Below are positions 41,376 through 52,916 of a DNA stretch of 64,000 bases, piece after piece. How positions within the stretch are numbered: the stretch's first letter is position 1; each line of letters starts with the position of its first letter. The stretch lies in IMG/VR virus record IMGVR_UViG_3300019378_000034, one strand, 5' to 3'. The translations under genes and the position numbers were made by a program. A model generated the notes under the pieces. It did not search any database. It worked only from the letters and a program-made list of their open reading frames with translations, and was not told where the DNA came from. The stretch is from an uncultured virus (IMG/VR IMGVR_UViG_3300019378_000034) (taxonomy: Duplodnaviria; Heunggongvirae; Uroviricota; Caudoviricetes).

Positions 41376-44156
41376 ATGGCTAAATATACTGGTAGCATTA
41401 GTTTGGTTGATATGAGTGATATTACTGCTACTGCAGGAGTTGGTATTTCTCACACCAAAGTTTTATATGCTTTAAGTAGTACTGGTGACCTTCCACCGGA
41501 CTTAGAAGGGGCCAGTTTAAAAATTAATGGAGTGGATGGTGCCCTAAGTTTTAGTGACTTAGGGACCAGTTTCCACGTTGAAAATGGTATCTTATATGCT
41601 TATTATAACGATGCTAAAGTTGAATTAAAAGTCGATGGTGGGAATAATATTACTGGCACAGAAGGATGGCTTTCCACTGTCCCAACTGTAGGACCTGGTC
41701 AATATTTATGGACTAAAACAATTTATTATTACACAAATAATAATGAAACAGTTGTTTATGGAGTTTATAGATGGGGCGAGAATGGTGAAGAAGGTAAGCA
41801 AGGTCCTCCTGGTACTTCTTCTTCTAGCTATAGAATTAGTGCCAATCAAACTGAAATTTTAAAGTTTGTTAGCTTAGACGGAAATACAGTTACCTTTAGC
41901 CCAGAAAACTTACAATTTGCAGTTTATAAAGACTAGGCGGCGCCAGGTAGTGGTTTGTATTATGAACAAGTTAGGGGATTATCAAAAGAAAAATTCTCTA
42001 TTTCTGTTTATGATATAAATTCTAATCAATATATAGACATATCACCAGATTTTATAAATTTTGATGAAACTTAGGATACTTTTAATATTGACTTATACAA
42101 CTTAAGTAGAGATGCTCTTGCTTTCAGAATTTTATTGGATGAAGAATGTTTAGTTAGATATACCTATCTTTTAGAAAATGAAGAAGGTAATTTTAATTTA
42201 ATTGACTATTTAAATGTCCGATATGGTATAAAAAAAGATATGGCTGCCTTATCTGTCGAAGCAGGGAAAATTGTACAGTCAATATAGGATTCTTACTTAA
42301 CTTTTTCGGCAACAGGTTTGACCATTTAGAATGGTGGCTTTTAGATTCTTAATAGAAATGGTGAATAGGTATTATGGTCTTCTGCAGACACTGGCAATCT
42401 TACTATTACTGGTACTATTAATGCAAACAATGGTTATTTTGCTGGTGAATTAAGAAGTAAGTCAGGTTATTTTGAAGGTTCAATTACCGCAAAAAGTGGT
42501 AAGATTGGAGGCTTTAATATTCTAGAGGATAAGTTAACCTCCGAAAAAATTTATATTAAAGTCGTTGACGGACAGGAGACCTATTTACCAAATATCACTT
42601 TAGATGGTACAACTGGTTAGATTATTGCACACGATATCATATTAGGCGCGGGCGCAGTAATTGAAGATTATATTAAAATAGGTAATGCCTTTATTTATAA
42701 TCCAACTAATCACAGAGATAAGTTTATTGAAGCCGGTAATATCAATCTGAACCAAACAGGTATTTTAAATTTAGGTTCTATTGAGATGCATGGTGGAGAT
42801 GATACCACTCAAGCATATATGAAATCTGAAAACGGCAATTGGCTAATTCGTGAAGATGGCGTAGCTATTTTTAATGATATTTATGCTGATAATGTTCATT
42901 TACAAGATACAATTCTTGAAATTGGCACTGTGCAAGCTATGGGTAGTTTAATGGTATTTAAGGATAGCTGGAGTATAACAAGTGCTAATAATAATATTAT
43001 TGTAGTAAGTGGTTTGACTAATTTAAGCGCAAATGATTGGATTTATTCTGGCAAGAATATTTACAAAGTAGTTAGTTTAACTCAAAATGACACTACCACA
43101 ACTATTACGCTAAATAAATCCTATATTTTAGATGATGGTTTAATTATCACTAAATTTGGTAAAACTTCTGATTCTCAAGTACCTGGTTTTATTTTATCTA
43201 TACTTGGTGAATAGGCTATTATAAATGATAACAGAGCCTTTGCCTCTGGTAATGCCTTAACAATCAGTGATTTTGTAGAGGAAAATGGCGCGTTAACCTA
43301 TACTAAGAGATTGGTTTTAGGTTAGCTGGATGGCGCAGTGGATAAAAATATTACCGGTCTTGGCCTATATGCAGATAACGTTTTCTTAAATGGTTCTTTA
43401 ACGACTAAAGTAGACGATGATAGTTATGCAGGTATAAACACCATTGGTGAAGCAACCGCCACTGTCTTTGGTAATAAAGATAACTCTAGAATTATTTTCT
43501 GGGCTGGCTCTGCTTCTAGTACTAATATAGATATTCAAGAGTCTCCTTTTTAGGTTACTGAAATGGGTTCAATATATGCAAGAAAAGGCATCTTTAGAGA
43601 TTCCATTATTTCTGATAGTATAATTTAGGGCGCTGATATTTATGCTGCTCGAATTCATGGTGGTACTACTAGTTAGTCCAATTCATTAACTATTTATGAT
43701 ACCTCTATGGGTATTATATTTAAAGAGGGTTATCAAACTACAGAAAAAGAAGTATTTGCCATTCGGGCAGATGGATTACAATAGAATAATGATTATTTTA
43801 TCGAAATTAAAAATGATAAGATCGGTTTTTATGGAGATAGTTTTGTAATTGATACAAAAGAAGAAAATTATTTAGAAATTGTTTCTAATACTATAAATGG
43901 TGTAGACCTATCTATGAAAATTATTTCTGATGGCTTATCAAGTGAAAGAAGCTACTAGAATTTTACCAATGATAAAATAAGTTTTGGTTTTAATTAGGGA
44001 TCTGGTAGGGAAGATAGTATAATTATTAATAAAGACAAAAGTTAGATAAAATCTTTGGCAACATGGTTGGAAAAAGATGTTTATTTTGGTTCTGGCACTT
44101 CTTATATGTAGTATAAGAAGGCAGAAGAAGGTTATGATTTATTTATAAATGAGTAA
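41376..44156 (+). CDS. tail fibre/host-specificity protein (TAG=Gln, 926 aa)
   Basis: W.STVPTV..GQYLWTKT motif, short collagen-like GENGEEGKQGPPG, G.I.A.SG.IGGF repeats. Confidence 0.7.
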
Positions 44157-44171
44157 AAAGGAGGAAAGTAA

Positions 44172-47100
44172 ATGGCTAGTAGCGGCTCTGTAAAAGCTTA
44201 TCATCCTAATAATGGAGCTTATTGGTCTTTTGAGTGGACGGCTAAGGCTACCTCAACTAAAGGACAAACAAAAGTTAGTTATGATATTTACAAAAGAGGA
44301 CGTAGTAGCTCTCCCACGTGGTTAGCTACTGATTGTGATATATCGGTATATTACAACGGGTCTTGGCATGATATATTGAGCACTGGTAGAAGGGTACCAG
44401 GTTCTAGTGATAATGGCTGTAGCTTTGCCAACGATTTTGAAGATGACGGTAGTTTTACAGTAGTTCACTCTTCAGACGGTTCTGGTAGTTTTATAGTAAG
44501 TATTTCTGCATATATTGATAGTGGTTATAACTGGGAACATAACGCTTCAGCATATGAAACTTGCACTTTGAATACAAACTTAGCCTATTCTAATTGTTAT
44601 GCACCAACTTCGGTAACAGCTTCCGGTTTGGTCGCACCTAATGGGGAAGTTACAGTGTCTTGGTCTGGCGCAAGTGGTGGCACAAGTAATTCAATAAACG
44701 GATATGATATTTATTGGAGAATTACTTCCGAAGGTTCTGCACCTTCAACTAGCACTTATACAACCAAAACTAGTATATCTTCTACAAGTAGTTCTGGTAG
44801 CGCAAAAATAAATATAGGTAATGCCACTCGTGGACATACGGTTGTTTTTGGAGTGGTAACTAAGGGTTCGGCTGGTTCTTCTTACTATTCTGGAATAACA
44901 ACTGGCGGCAGCGTAAAAATTAATAACTTACCTACCAGACCTTTGGGAGGAACGGTTTCGCCCACTTTAGTGCCAGCTTCTGGTGGCACCGTTACTTTTA
45001 ATATAACTCCTGGTACAGATTCTGATGGGCAAACAGTTGGCTTAAAATATGCAACTTCTGCAACTGGCACAAAAACTGCTTGCGCTTCTTCTTTTTCTTT
45101 ATCAGGGGTTGGCGCAGGAACTTATTATTTTTGGTCGAATGATGGTTTAGAAGACAGTGCTGACTACTACACGGTATCTGTCTCAAGCAATACGAAACCA
45201 ACTGTTACAATAAAAGTGACAGGAACTTAGTTGGAAACAGTTAATACCTTGAGTGGTGCGACTTATATTCTAAATCCTACAATTACTTTAACCAAAGGTA
45301 ATAATGGTTAGTAGGATAATAATACGTATAATTATTATATACATTATAGTACCGATAATAGCTCTTGGACTAAAAAAACACTTTGGGAAAACGATTCATC
45401 TTTAACAAAAACAATTGATGATGTTCGTGCCTTAGGCTATTTTACTAATTTGGCTACAACAAGCTATTACTATTATTTTTCAGCTACTAGAAATGATGGA
45501 ATGGATACTTCTAATGCTGTTAATACTTCTAGTACAAAATATTATGCGTCAAAACGTCCTAGTTTATTAGGTATGTATAATACTCAAAATTATTAGAATA
45601 TTAATTTATCAGAATTTTAGGGATATTTTTCCAAAGCCCTTTCTTTTAAATTCTAGAGAGATACTGGATATAATAGTTTAAAAATTTTTAATGGGACAAC
45701 TCAGGTTGGTACAATTTCCCTAACTGCCGCGTCAGATGGTTTAAGAGGATAGTGGTTAGGTATTAATCTTACCAAGGGTTCTTATACTTTTACTGGTGAA
45801 TTAGGCCATGCCGCAAATAACTTTTATACATCAAAATTAAACTTAGGCTCCTCTTATAAAATTGAAAATTTAGAAGCTAAAAATTTAACAGCTTCTTCTG
45901 ATTTTTAGGTTTATACTTCTGGAGTAACTTATGATTTTAGTATATATAATACCTTTAATGTCTCTTATTCAGAACTAACGCCGAGTAAATATAAGGAATA
46001 TGGTATTTCAGATATCTCAAGTAGTTTTTATGCAAAATTAACTGTCGATTCTGCAACAGGCAAATCATAGTCTTTAACAATAGTTTAGAAAACAGTTAAT
46101 GGCAATTCAACAACAAATGATACCTTATATTTTAGCTTAACTGCTGCTCAATTATATGCCATGCTACCTACCGTATCTAATAAAAATAAAACTTATCAAG
46201 GAACCTTAACCGTTGGTTTTACAGATGTTTTTGGAACTGACACAAGCACTTCTATAAATTATGTGGTTAATTATGGTGTAATTCCTTAGGTTACTTCTTG
46301 TTCTATTAAAATAAATAATAGTAAAGAAATAAATACTTGGGAGTATCTAAAAGAAGGTATGCCATTAACCGTTAATGGAACTGTAAAATCTTATAATACT
46401 AATCCAAAAATTCAGATTTAGATTAATCGTATTAAAAATGGAGTAGAATCTGGGTATGTTAATTTTGGTAATCCTATAGATTTAGCATCTAAATCTTCTT
46501 CTATTTCTAATACAACACCTTCTCAAGGAACTCCCACCACCTATACTTTTTCTAACTAGAAGATTATCACTGTTGGTGAACTAATTGAATTGGATTATTA
46601 GGTTAATTTTAGAATTAAGGTTATAACTGATGCAGATAGCAAATATCATTATACTGGTTCTAAATTATATGCTGGAAATGTAAAAGTGTGCGGTCATACC
46701 TCTTAGGGTGCGGTAACTTTAAATGAAGCTGATTATAGCTCTACTGAGGTCACTAGAGCTACCTCTTATTTAAATTATCGTTATACCAACAATCATCCTG
46801 GCGCATTAACCATAACCGATAATAGTAATTATTCTTTAACATTGACTGCAAAATTAGAATATAGAAATATTGCAAATATCGATTGGAATGGTGCAAGTTC
46901 AGTTGACATTGGTATTAATTCTCTTGCCTCTTTCTTATCTTATTCTGGAACAAGACGTAGTGTTATTTTTGTTTTCTCCGAGGGTGCAGATGCATTTGTG
47001 TGCCGTTTAGTTTTAACCACAACGCAAACAGTAACTAACGGAACTGAAAAATATACTACCACTAAAACAGTATACACCAATGAGCAGGCTGTATATAATG

Positions 47101-47300
47101 TTTTACCAACTGTTTCTTATCGTAAGAATTTATTGGGAATCAATGCTTCTAATTTAAATAATTATGAAAATGCTGTTATTGTTGTTGGTGAACATAGCTC
47201 AAAAAATATAATTTATTTAGTTTCTTCTACTGGAGTTAAATAGATAAATACTTCTACTGGTGCGTTAGATGGTTTTATGATAGATGGCGGTAAATGGTAA
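44172..47300 (+). CDS. tail fibre/adhesin with fibronectin-III-like domains (TAG=Gln, 1042 aa)
   Basis: Ser/Thr-rich beta segments, APTSVTAS...VTVSWSGA...GYDIYW; ends IDGGKW. Confidence 0.65.
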
Positions 47301-47360
47301 AATTTGATTTTCTTATATTTTTATGTTATAATAATTATAAAGAAAAATGGAGGAAATTAA

Positions 47361-47735
47361 ATGAAACTTTATGAAGTCTTATCAATTCAAAACTTTTACA
47401 ACTTAATCATAAATGCGAAGCTTCCCATTAAAACCACCTACAAGTTAACTCGTTTAATGCGCCGGGTTGAAGAGGAAACTCAATTCTATCAGACTGAGTT
47501 TGCAAAAATTGTAGATGAATATGCTCTCAAAGAAAATGGTCAGCTTGTTTATTCTGAAGACATGACTTCCATTAAAATTATTGAAGGCAAGGAAGATGAG
47601 TGCAGTGCAAAGATCGCCGAACTTAAAAATCTTGAAATTGATTTAAGTGAGTTCAAATTTTCTATTGAAGAATTTGAAAAGCTCGAGCTGTCTGTAAGTG
47701 ATATGTACGGAATTTTACCTCTAATCACCGACTAA
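47361..47735 (+). CDS. hypothetical protein
   Basis: GGAGG RBS; upstream TTGATT...TGTTATAAT promoter; followed by a CTCCCTAATGC/GCATTAGGGAG hairpin. Confidence 0.7.
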   Translation: MKLYEVLSIQNFYNLIINAKLPIKTTYKLTRLMRRVEEETQFYQTEFAKIVDEYALKENGQLVYSEDMTSIKIIEGKEDECSAKIAELKNLEIDLSEFKFSIEEFEKLELSVSDMYGILPLITD

Positions 47736-47865
47736 AACAAAATAAACAAAAACTCCCTAATGCTTTTTGTGCATTAGGGAGATTCTTTTTGTCCATCAGT
47801 GAAAAACAATTATCCATAGCCTTCTAGCCTAACTTATAGTCAGAAGGGTAAGAGGAGGTAAGAAA

Positions 47866-48300
47866 ATGAATCCAGTAAATAATAACAATTATATGAATTT
47901 CAATCAACCTGCTAACTTTCAGCCATATCAAATGACACAATACTTCCCACAACCATAGGGCAGTATTTACATGATAGGTAATTCAAGTGAGGTGGCTAAT
48001 GTTCCAGTGGGTGTTGGATTATCTGCTGCTATTTGTTTGCGCGAAGGACTAATATATTTAAAGACAATTCAAAATGGTAGTCCAATGCTACTAAGTTATA
48101 AGCTAAGTCCTTTAGAAAACAATACACTAATCCAAGAAAAAATAATTCAAAATCCTAACCCAACTGATGCTCCGGTATCGGCACCGGAGACATCAATTGA
48201 ACAAAGAATTTTAAACGTTCTGGAAGAATTTGATGCTAGATTGAAAAAGCTAGAAACTCCAGAAAAATCAAAGGGAGGAAGTGAAAAATGGTAGCTATGA
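47866..48300 (+). CDS. Cys-rich module gene 1, Asn/Gln-rich N-terminus (TAG=Gln)
   Basis: GAGGAGG RBS; TAG at 47956 and 48292; TGA stop. Confidence 0.65.
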
Positions 48301-48530
48301 ATCCAATGAATTTAATGATGATGTTAAAGCAAGGCAACCCTCGGCAAGTTGCTATGCAAATCATCCAAAATAACTATCCCAATGACCCGCGCATGAGTCA
48401 ATTGGTTCAAATGGCGGAAAGAGGAGACGTTCAAGGATTGCAAAGAATTGCTGAAGAGACTTTTGGTATGCAAGGTAAAAATTTTTCGGCCGAAATGAGT
48501 AACCTACTGCAAAGCATAAGAAACTTCTAA
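48288..48530 (+). CDS. module gene 2, Met/Gln/Asn-rich helical protein
   Basis: MNPMNLMMMLKQGNPRQ; GGAGG RBS (alternative start 48297). Confidence 0.7.
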   Translation: MVAMNPMNLMMMLKQGNPRQVAMQIIQNNYPNDPRMSQLVQMAERGDVQGLQRIAEETFGMQGKNFSAEMSNLLQSIRNF

Positions 48531-48571
48531 GCAATTTATATAAATAAAAAACCTTTAAGGGAGGTACAAAA

Positions 48572-49354
48572 ATGATGGGTAATGAAGGAATCTCTGTAGC
48601 TGATGCTTTGGCGCTTCGTGGTAATGGTGGCTATAATGGCGGCTCCGGCTTTGGTGGTTGGGGCGGCGATGGCGCATGGTGGATTATTATTCTAATTCTA
48701 CTGTTCGGCGCAGGTGGCTGGAATCGTGGCGGTTTCGGCGGCAATGGCAACGGTGGAGGCGGTGCTTGTTGCACTCCTGCAACTGCTCAGGGCTTAGCCG
48801 ACGCTTTCAATTTCAACCAGTTAGACAACAGCCTAAGAGGCTTAGAGAGAGGTCTATGTGATGGCTTCTACAACAACGCTCAGCAAGTAAACTCTGTTCT
48901 AGCAGCTTTGCAGAATTGCTGCTGCGACACAAAGATGGCTATGATGACTGGCTTTAATGGTGTTAACCAGGGTATTTGCAACCTAGGTTATAATATACAA
49001 GCTGGCTTCAATGGCGTAACTAATCAACTAGCTTCTTGCTGCTGCGACATCGAGCGCGGCCAGGATGCTATAAAGTATGAAATCGCTAACGTAGCTAACA
49101 ACTTGCTAGTTGCTGGCGATAAGAATACTGACCGTATTATCAATTATCTAAATCAGACTGAAATGGATAAACTGCGTACTGAACTACAGTCCGCTCAGTT
49201 CCAGCTATCTCAGCTATCTCAGACTGATAATATCATCAATCGTCTAATGCCTGTGGCAAAGCCTGCCTATCTGACTTGCTCTCCTTATGCTTCTGCATTT
49301 GGTTTGAATCAGAATTTCGGTTTCGGTTTTAACAATGGTTGCGGTTGCTGCTAA
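48572..49354 (+). CDS. module gene 3, Gly-rich/TM/coiled-coil protein with CCC motifs
   Basis: GGWGGDGAWWIIILILLFG, two CCCD motifs, C-terminal GCGCC; biased codons, TAG-free. Confidence 0.8.
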   Translation: MMGNEGISVADALALRGNGGYNGGSGFGGWGGDGAWWIIILILLFGAGGWNRGGFGGNGNGGGGACCTPATAQGLADAFNFNQLDNSLRGLERGLCDGFYNNAQQVNSVLAALQNCCCDTKMAMMTGFNGVNQGICNLGYNIQAGFNGVTNQLASCCCDIERGQDAIKYEIANVANNLLVAGDKNTDRIINYLNQTEMDKLRTELQSAQFQLSQLSQTDNIINRLMPVAKPAYLTCSPYASAFGLNQNFGFGFNNGCGCC

Positions 49355-49421
49355 TCAACTACTCCGCTAATGCGTGATTCTGGCGGGCGCTTCGGCGCCC
49401 TCCATTGAGAGGTGAAAAGAA

Positions 49422-49814
49422 TTGAGTTGTCCTAATGTAAGACGTCTATGCAAAAATCTGGTAATTTCTACCGCAGTTACTTTTGCAGATGGCACTTTAA
49501 CTATTAACATTCCTGCTGGAAATTACGGAAATGGATGTAAGTATTGTCTGGTGGTGGCACAGGCTATTCCAGCAGAAACAACTATTACAGCTCCAGTAGT
49601 AATTACTATTGGTGATGGAACAACTGAATACGACCTAGTAGGATGTGATTGCAGTCCAATAACCGCTTGCTCTATTAATACTAGAACAAGATACAGCACT
49701 ATTGTTAGCACCAATACTACAACCGGCGTATTCAAACTTTTAGGAAAGCTACCTTGCTCTCGCTGCACTGAAAACTTAGCTTCTCTACCAGTAGCAGAAG
49801 CGCCAACTCCTTAA
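49422..49814 (+). CDS. module gene 4, Cys-rich beta protein
   Basis: GAGGTG RBS, TTG start; several Cys, Thr-rich. Confidence 0.7.
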   Translation: MSCPNVRRLCKNLVISTAVTFADGTLTINIPAGNYGNGCKYCLVVAQAIPAETTITAPVVITIGDGTTEYDLVGCDCSPITACSINTRTRYSTIVSTNTTTGVFKLLGKLPCSRCTENLASLPVAEAPTP

Positions 49815-49829
49815 TGTGAGGTGACGTCG

Positions 49830-50309
49830 ATGCATAAACTGATGGAACAAATCAAAAAAGAGCTTGTAGAGATTGAACAGAAAGGAGTCAATGCTAGCAA
49901 TTTAGAGCTAATCGGCAAACTCGCTGATATCTACAAGGATTTAAGCGAAATCGAAAATATGGATAAGGGAGGTCAAGGAATGATGGAATATGGCAGATAT
50001 CGCGAAAACTATCGCGATGGAGGCTACAACGCTCGAGGCAATTATCGTGACGGAGGTTATAATGATGGCTATGGCCGCCGTTACAGTCGTATGAGAGACT
50101 ATATGGACCGCATGGTAGATGGTATGGACCAGTATGAATATGGTAAAGAGCGTTATATGCACGGTGGTGATGATGGCCGTGTCATGGAAGGTCTCGAAAA
50201 GCTAATGTATGCTATGTGTATGTTTGTTGAATCAGCCATGGACTTTGCTGAGACTCCACAGGAAAAAGAGATTATTAGAAAACATCTTCATAAAATTAGT
50301 CAACTATGA
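49830..50309 (+). CDS. module gene 5, protein with YRDGGYN repeats
   Basis: GAGGTG RBS; Tyr/Arg/Gly low-complexity middle; start 49821-49830. Confidence 0.7.
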   Translation: MHKLMEQIKKELVEIEQKGVNASNLELIGKLADIYKDLSEIENMDKGGQGMMEYGRYRENYRDGGYNARGNYRDGGYNDGYGRRYSRMRDYMDRMVDGMDQYEYGKERYMHGGDDGRVMEGLEKLMYAMCMFVESAMDFAETPQEKEIIRKHLHKISQL

Positions 50310-50686
50310 TGTTCTGTTTTTATAATGCGAATCCTCGTGGACGTCATGTAAATGATTGCACTGTCCGTGCGATATCCAAAGCAACAAACAGAAGCTGGGA
50401 TGAAAACTACCGAGAGCTAAGTCATTATGCTTAGTTACTATGTATAATGCCTGATGATGTAACCTATATAGATGAATATCTAGATACACACTTTGAAAAA
50501 ATATATTTATGCAAGAAATGTCGTCTAACGATAAGAGAGTTTGTGGAACACAACCCACTTGGAACCTTCTTGATAACGATGAACGGTCATATAACTTGCG
50601 TTATTGACGGAGTGATATATGATACCTTCGACCCTTCTAATAGGTTCATTTGGGGTGTTTATAAAGTAAAAGAGGGAGTCTTATGA
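50306..50686 (+). CDS. module gene 6, putative papain-like cysteine hydrolase (TAG=Gln)
   Basis: NDCTVRAI (Cys)...GHITCVIDGVIYD (His/Asp); ATGA overlap; TAG at 50432. Confidence 0.6.
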
Positions 50687-50699
50687 CTCCCTCAATTTT
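50672..50699. terminator. hairpin at the convergence of the two arms (probable bidirectional terminator)
   Basis: GAGGGAGTC-TTAT-GACTCCCTC with an A tract upstream and a T tract downstream. Confidence 0.7.
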
Positions 50700-51427
50700 T
50701 ATTCCCAATTTACAACTTCTATATTGTATAAATCGGCAACATATTTGCCTATACCAATTGCGTCCGCTTCGTCATCACTTACTGTGATATCATGCCATTC
50801 TTTGGCTTTATTTTGCATTGAGCGTTTCTTATCGATGCGAGTTCTTCCTGTAACGCCACAGTGGTGGCGCCAGGTATTGGTTGGGCAAACTGTGTATTCT
50901 ATTTTCTTTTCGTAACAGGTTTCCATTAAGATTCCCTGTAAACGAGCCAATGCTTGGAATACAGTGACTGAGGCTTTTTGTCCAGATACCTCGTCTTGAT
51001 ATTGGATTCCTTCCAGTCCAATAGCGTCTGGCTACCAGCTTTCAATCATTGATAACATCCAATTTTTTATTGTGCTATCGCGTGCGATTTCATCTTTTAG
51101 ATTAGTAGTAAAAGTTCCATATCGTATCAGTTTATTTCCATCATATATAGACCAGCCACAGGTATGTGTTGCCTAGTCAATAGCTAAGATTCGTTTCTTT
51201 CCTTTAGGTTTTGATTCTACAGTTAATACTTTTTCTTTTAGCTTGTTGTCTTTACATCTTGGGCATTCGCGCTTTGAGCGTATCTTTTTCCATGTTGCTT
51301 GAATAGTATGACCTTCATCACATTCAAATTCAAGTGGTGTATCGAGATTTTGATAAGTTTCGGAGACACATTTCCAACCGGTTTCTTTTAATTCTTCATT
51401 GATAGATTCAATGGTTATGCGAGCCAT
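50699..51427 (-). CDS. RuvC-like Holliday junction resolvase with N-terminal Zn ribbon (TAG=Gln, 242 aa)
   Basis: ILAID*AT...GW, W*PDAIGLE, DDEADAIGIG; TAG at 51173 and 51032. Confidence 0.8.
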
Positions 51428-51804
51428 TAATCCACCACCTTGACGCCAAACATTTTTTCTATATCTGCTTTTTTAACTTTTGGTTCTGATTTACCTAAAG
51501 CTATAATATAGAACAAGACATCTCCTTCCTTAGTAAGAGATTGGTTAAGTTTAACTTCTCTTACAGTATAGGGTTTGTCGCACCAAAGCAGATAAGGATT
51601 ATAGCTTTCTTCATCAATACTAATTGCAGTCGTAGCTCTTGGGCAATAAATCAGATAGGGCTTATCTTCATCAGTACGAACAAAAACTGCGGTAGTAAAG
51701 TAACCTTTATCAGTAGGATGCGGCCATGTAAAAGCTGCATCCACTTTCTTAATTCTTTCCTGAACTTCCAAAGCCGCCACCTCTGTCTTCACCAATTCCA
51801 TCAA
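51427..51804 (-). CDS. hypothetical protein
   Basis: TAATG coupling to the resolvase; start uncertain. Confidence 0.6.
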   Translation of the reverse strand: MMELVKTEVAALEVQERIKKVDAAFTWPHPTDKGYFTTAVFVRTDEDKPYLIYCPRATTAISIDEESYNPYLLWCDKPYTVREVKLNQSLTKEGDVLFYIIALGKSEPKVKKADIEKMFGVKVVD

Positions 51805-52690
51805 CAGATTGGACTTGATAGAAATTTACAGTTGGAACTTCGACCAAACGCATCTGCGCAAAACGTTCACCTTTTCCTATATAGTATGGCTTACCATGCT
51901 CAATAGATGTAATAACGGGGCGGCCTCTATCATCAAATTCATAAGAAATGTCTTTGATAGGAGGCTCAATATTTTCAACAATGACACCAATGACACCTTT
52001 GTACTGAGAGTCTACAAGTCCAATGGAGTTTGCAACTCTGAGCTTTGTCTTAGCGCTGGTTCCGCTGCGAGGATGGATAAGAAAGGCATAACCATAAGGT
52101 AAAGCTACTTTTATATCACAAGGAATAATAACGGTCTCACCAGGATTGATAGTATAATCTGCAGGAGAATATAGGTCAACTGCGCCATCTCCCAAATGAG
52201 CGTATTTAGGCATCTTTGCATTTTCGCTTGTTAATTCGATAGGAACGTTAATTACTCTTTTTGCAATTCCTTCTGCATCGGCAATACAATTATAAGTAAT
52301 ACCAAGCATCTGTTTTAAGAAATCGCGCTTAGGAGCAGAAAGAACTTCGGCAAACTGTTTGTCAATATTTTCAATCAACTTCATATATGCTTCTTGCAAT
52401 TCTTCCAACTTTGTACCATTTAAATTCATTGCTTGAACCAATAGCAACTTGTCGTCAATATTATTCATTGACTTTTGCATCTCATCTAAGAAGATTGGCG
52501 CGATAAGAGCAAAGTGCTCATCGGGCATTGCTAACAAAGCGCCAAGTTCCTCGAAGCCACCGAGAGAAGGATTGATTTTTTCAATCTCATTCATTAGTGC
52601 TTCAAAGGTACTTTTTCTTTCTTGAGATGCTTCTTGCATTTTATTTGTCATTTCTGCCGCAGCTTTTTGTGCTGCGGCAGGGGTATTCAT
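51749..52690 (-). CDS. dut: trimeric dUTPase with long N-terminal helical extension
   Basis: GAVDL, PRSG, GLVDSQYKG, RFAQ and RGGGFGSSG motifs I-V. Confidence 0.9.
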   Translation of the reverse strand: MNTPAAAQKAAAEMTNKMQEASQERKSTFEALMNEIEKINPSLGGFEELGALLAMPDEHFALIAPIFLDEMQKSMNNIDDKLLLVQAMNLNGTKLEELQEAYMKLIENIDKQFAEVLSAPKRDFLKQMLGITYNCIADAEGIAKRVINVPIELTSENAKMPKYAHLGDGAVDLYSPADYTINPGETVIIPCDIKVALPYGYAFLIHPRSGTSAKTKLRVANSIGLVDSQYKGVIGVIVENIEPPIKDISYEFDDRGRPVITSIEHGKPYYIGKGERFAQMRLVEVPTVNFYQVQSVDGIGEDRGGGFGSSGKN

Positions 52691-52691
52691 A

Positions 52692-52916
52692 TTAATTATC
52701 TAGGCCATCCCAGAAACCTCCATAAACTTTGACGACTTTCACAAGATAGCCGTCGTCAATTATGTCTCCTTTAGACTTCTTTTCCTTTTTAGTATAAGCG
52801 AAAGAATTAAGAATGTAGCCTTGTTTTCTTGCTTCTTCCTTGAAGTCTTCATTCATTTGCTTTGCTTCTTCCTCAGATTCCGCACGGTATTCTGCGGTGA
52901 CTTTTAATAATCTCAT
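52692..52916 (-). CDS. hypothetical protein
   Basis: Packed in the operon with a 4-bp overlap. Confidence 0.65.
   Translation of the reverse strand: MRLLKVTAEYRAESEEEAKQMNEDFKEEARKQGYILNSFAYTKKEKKSKGDIIDDGYLVKVVKVYGGFWDGLDN

Noticed and set aside
12691..47300. Fragmented structural genes as pseudogenes of a decayed prophage or as sequencing errors
   Set aside because: The interruptions I checked are all TAG, there are no frameshifts between fragments, and read-through restores gene overlaps and motifs.
41376..47300. Diversity-generating retroelement target in the tail fibre genes
   Set aside because: I saw no reverse transcriptase and no template/variable repeat pair in the window.
47361..50686. 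Lysis cassette (holin/endolysin) after the tail genes
   Set aside because: No amidase, glycosidase or CHAP motifs were recognised, and 48572 is unlike typical small holins. Lysis genes probably lie outside the window.
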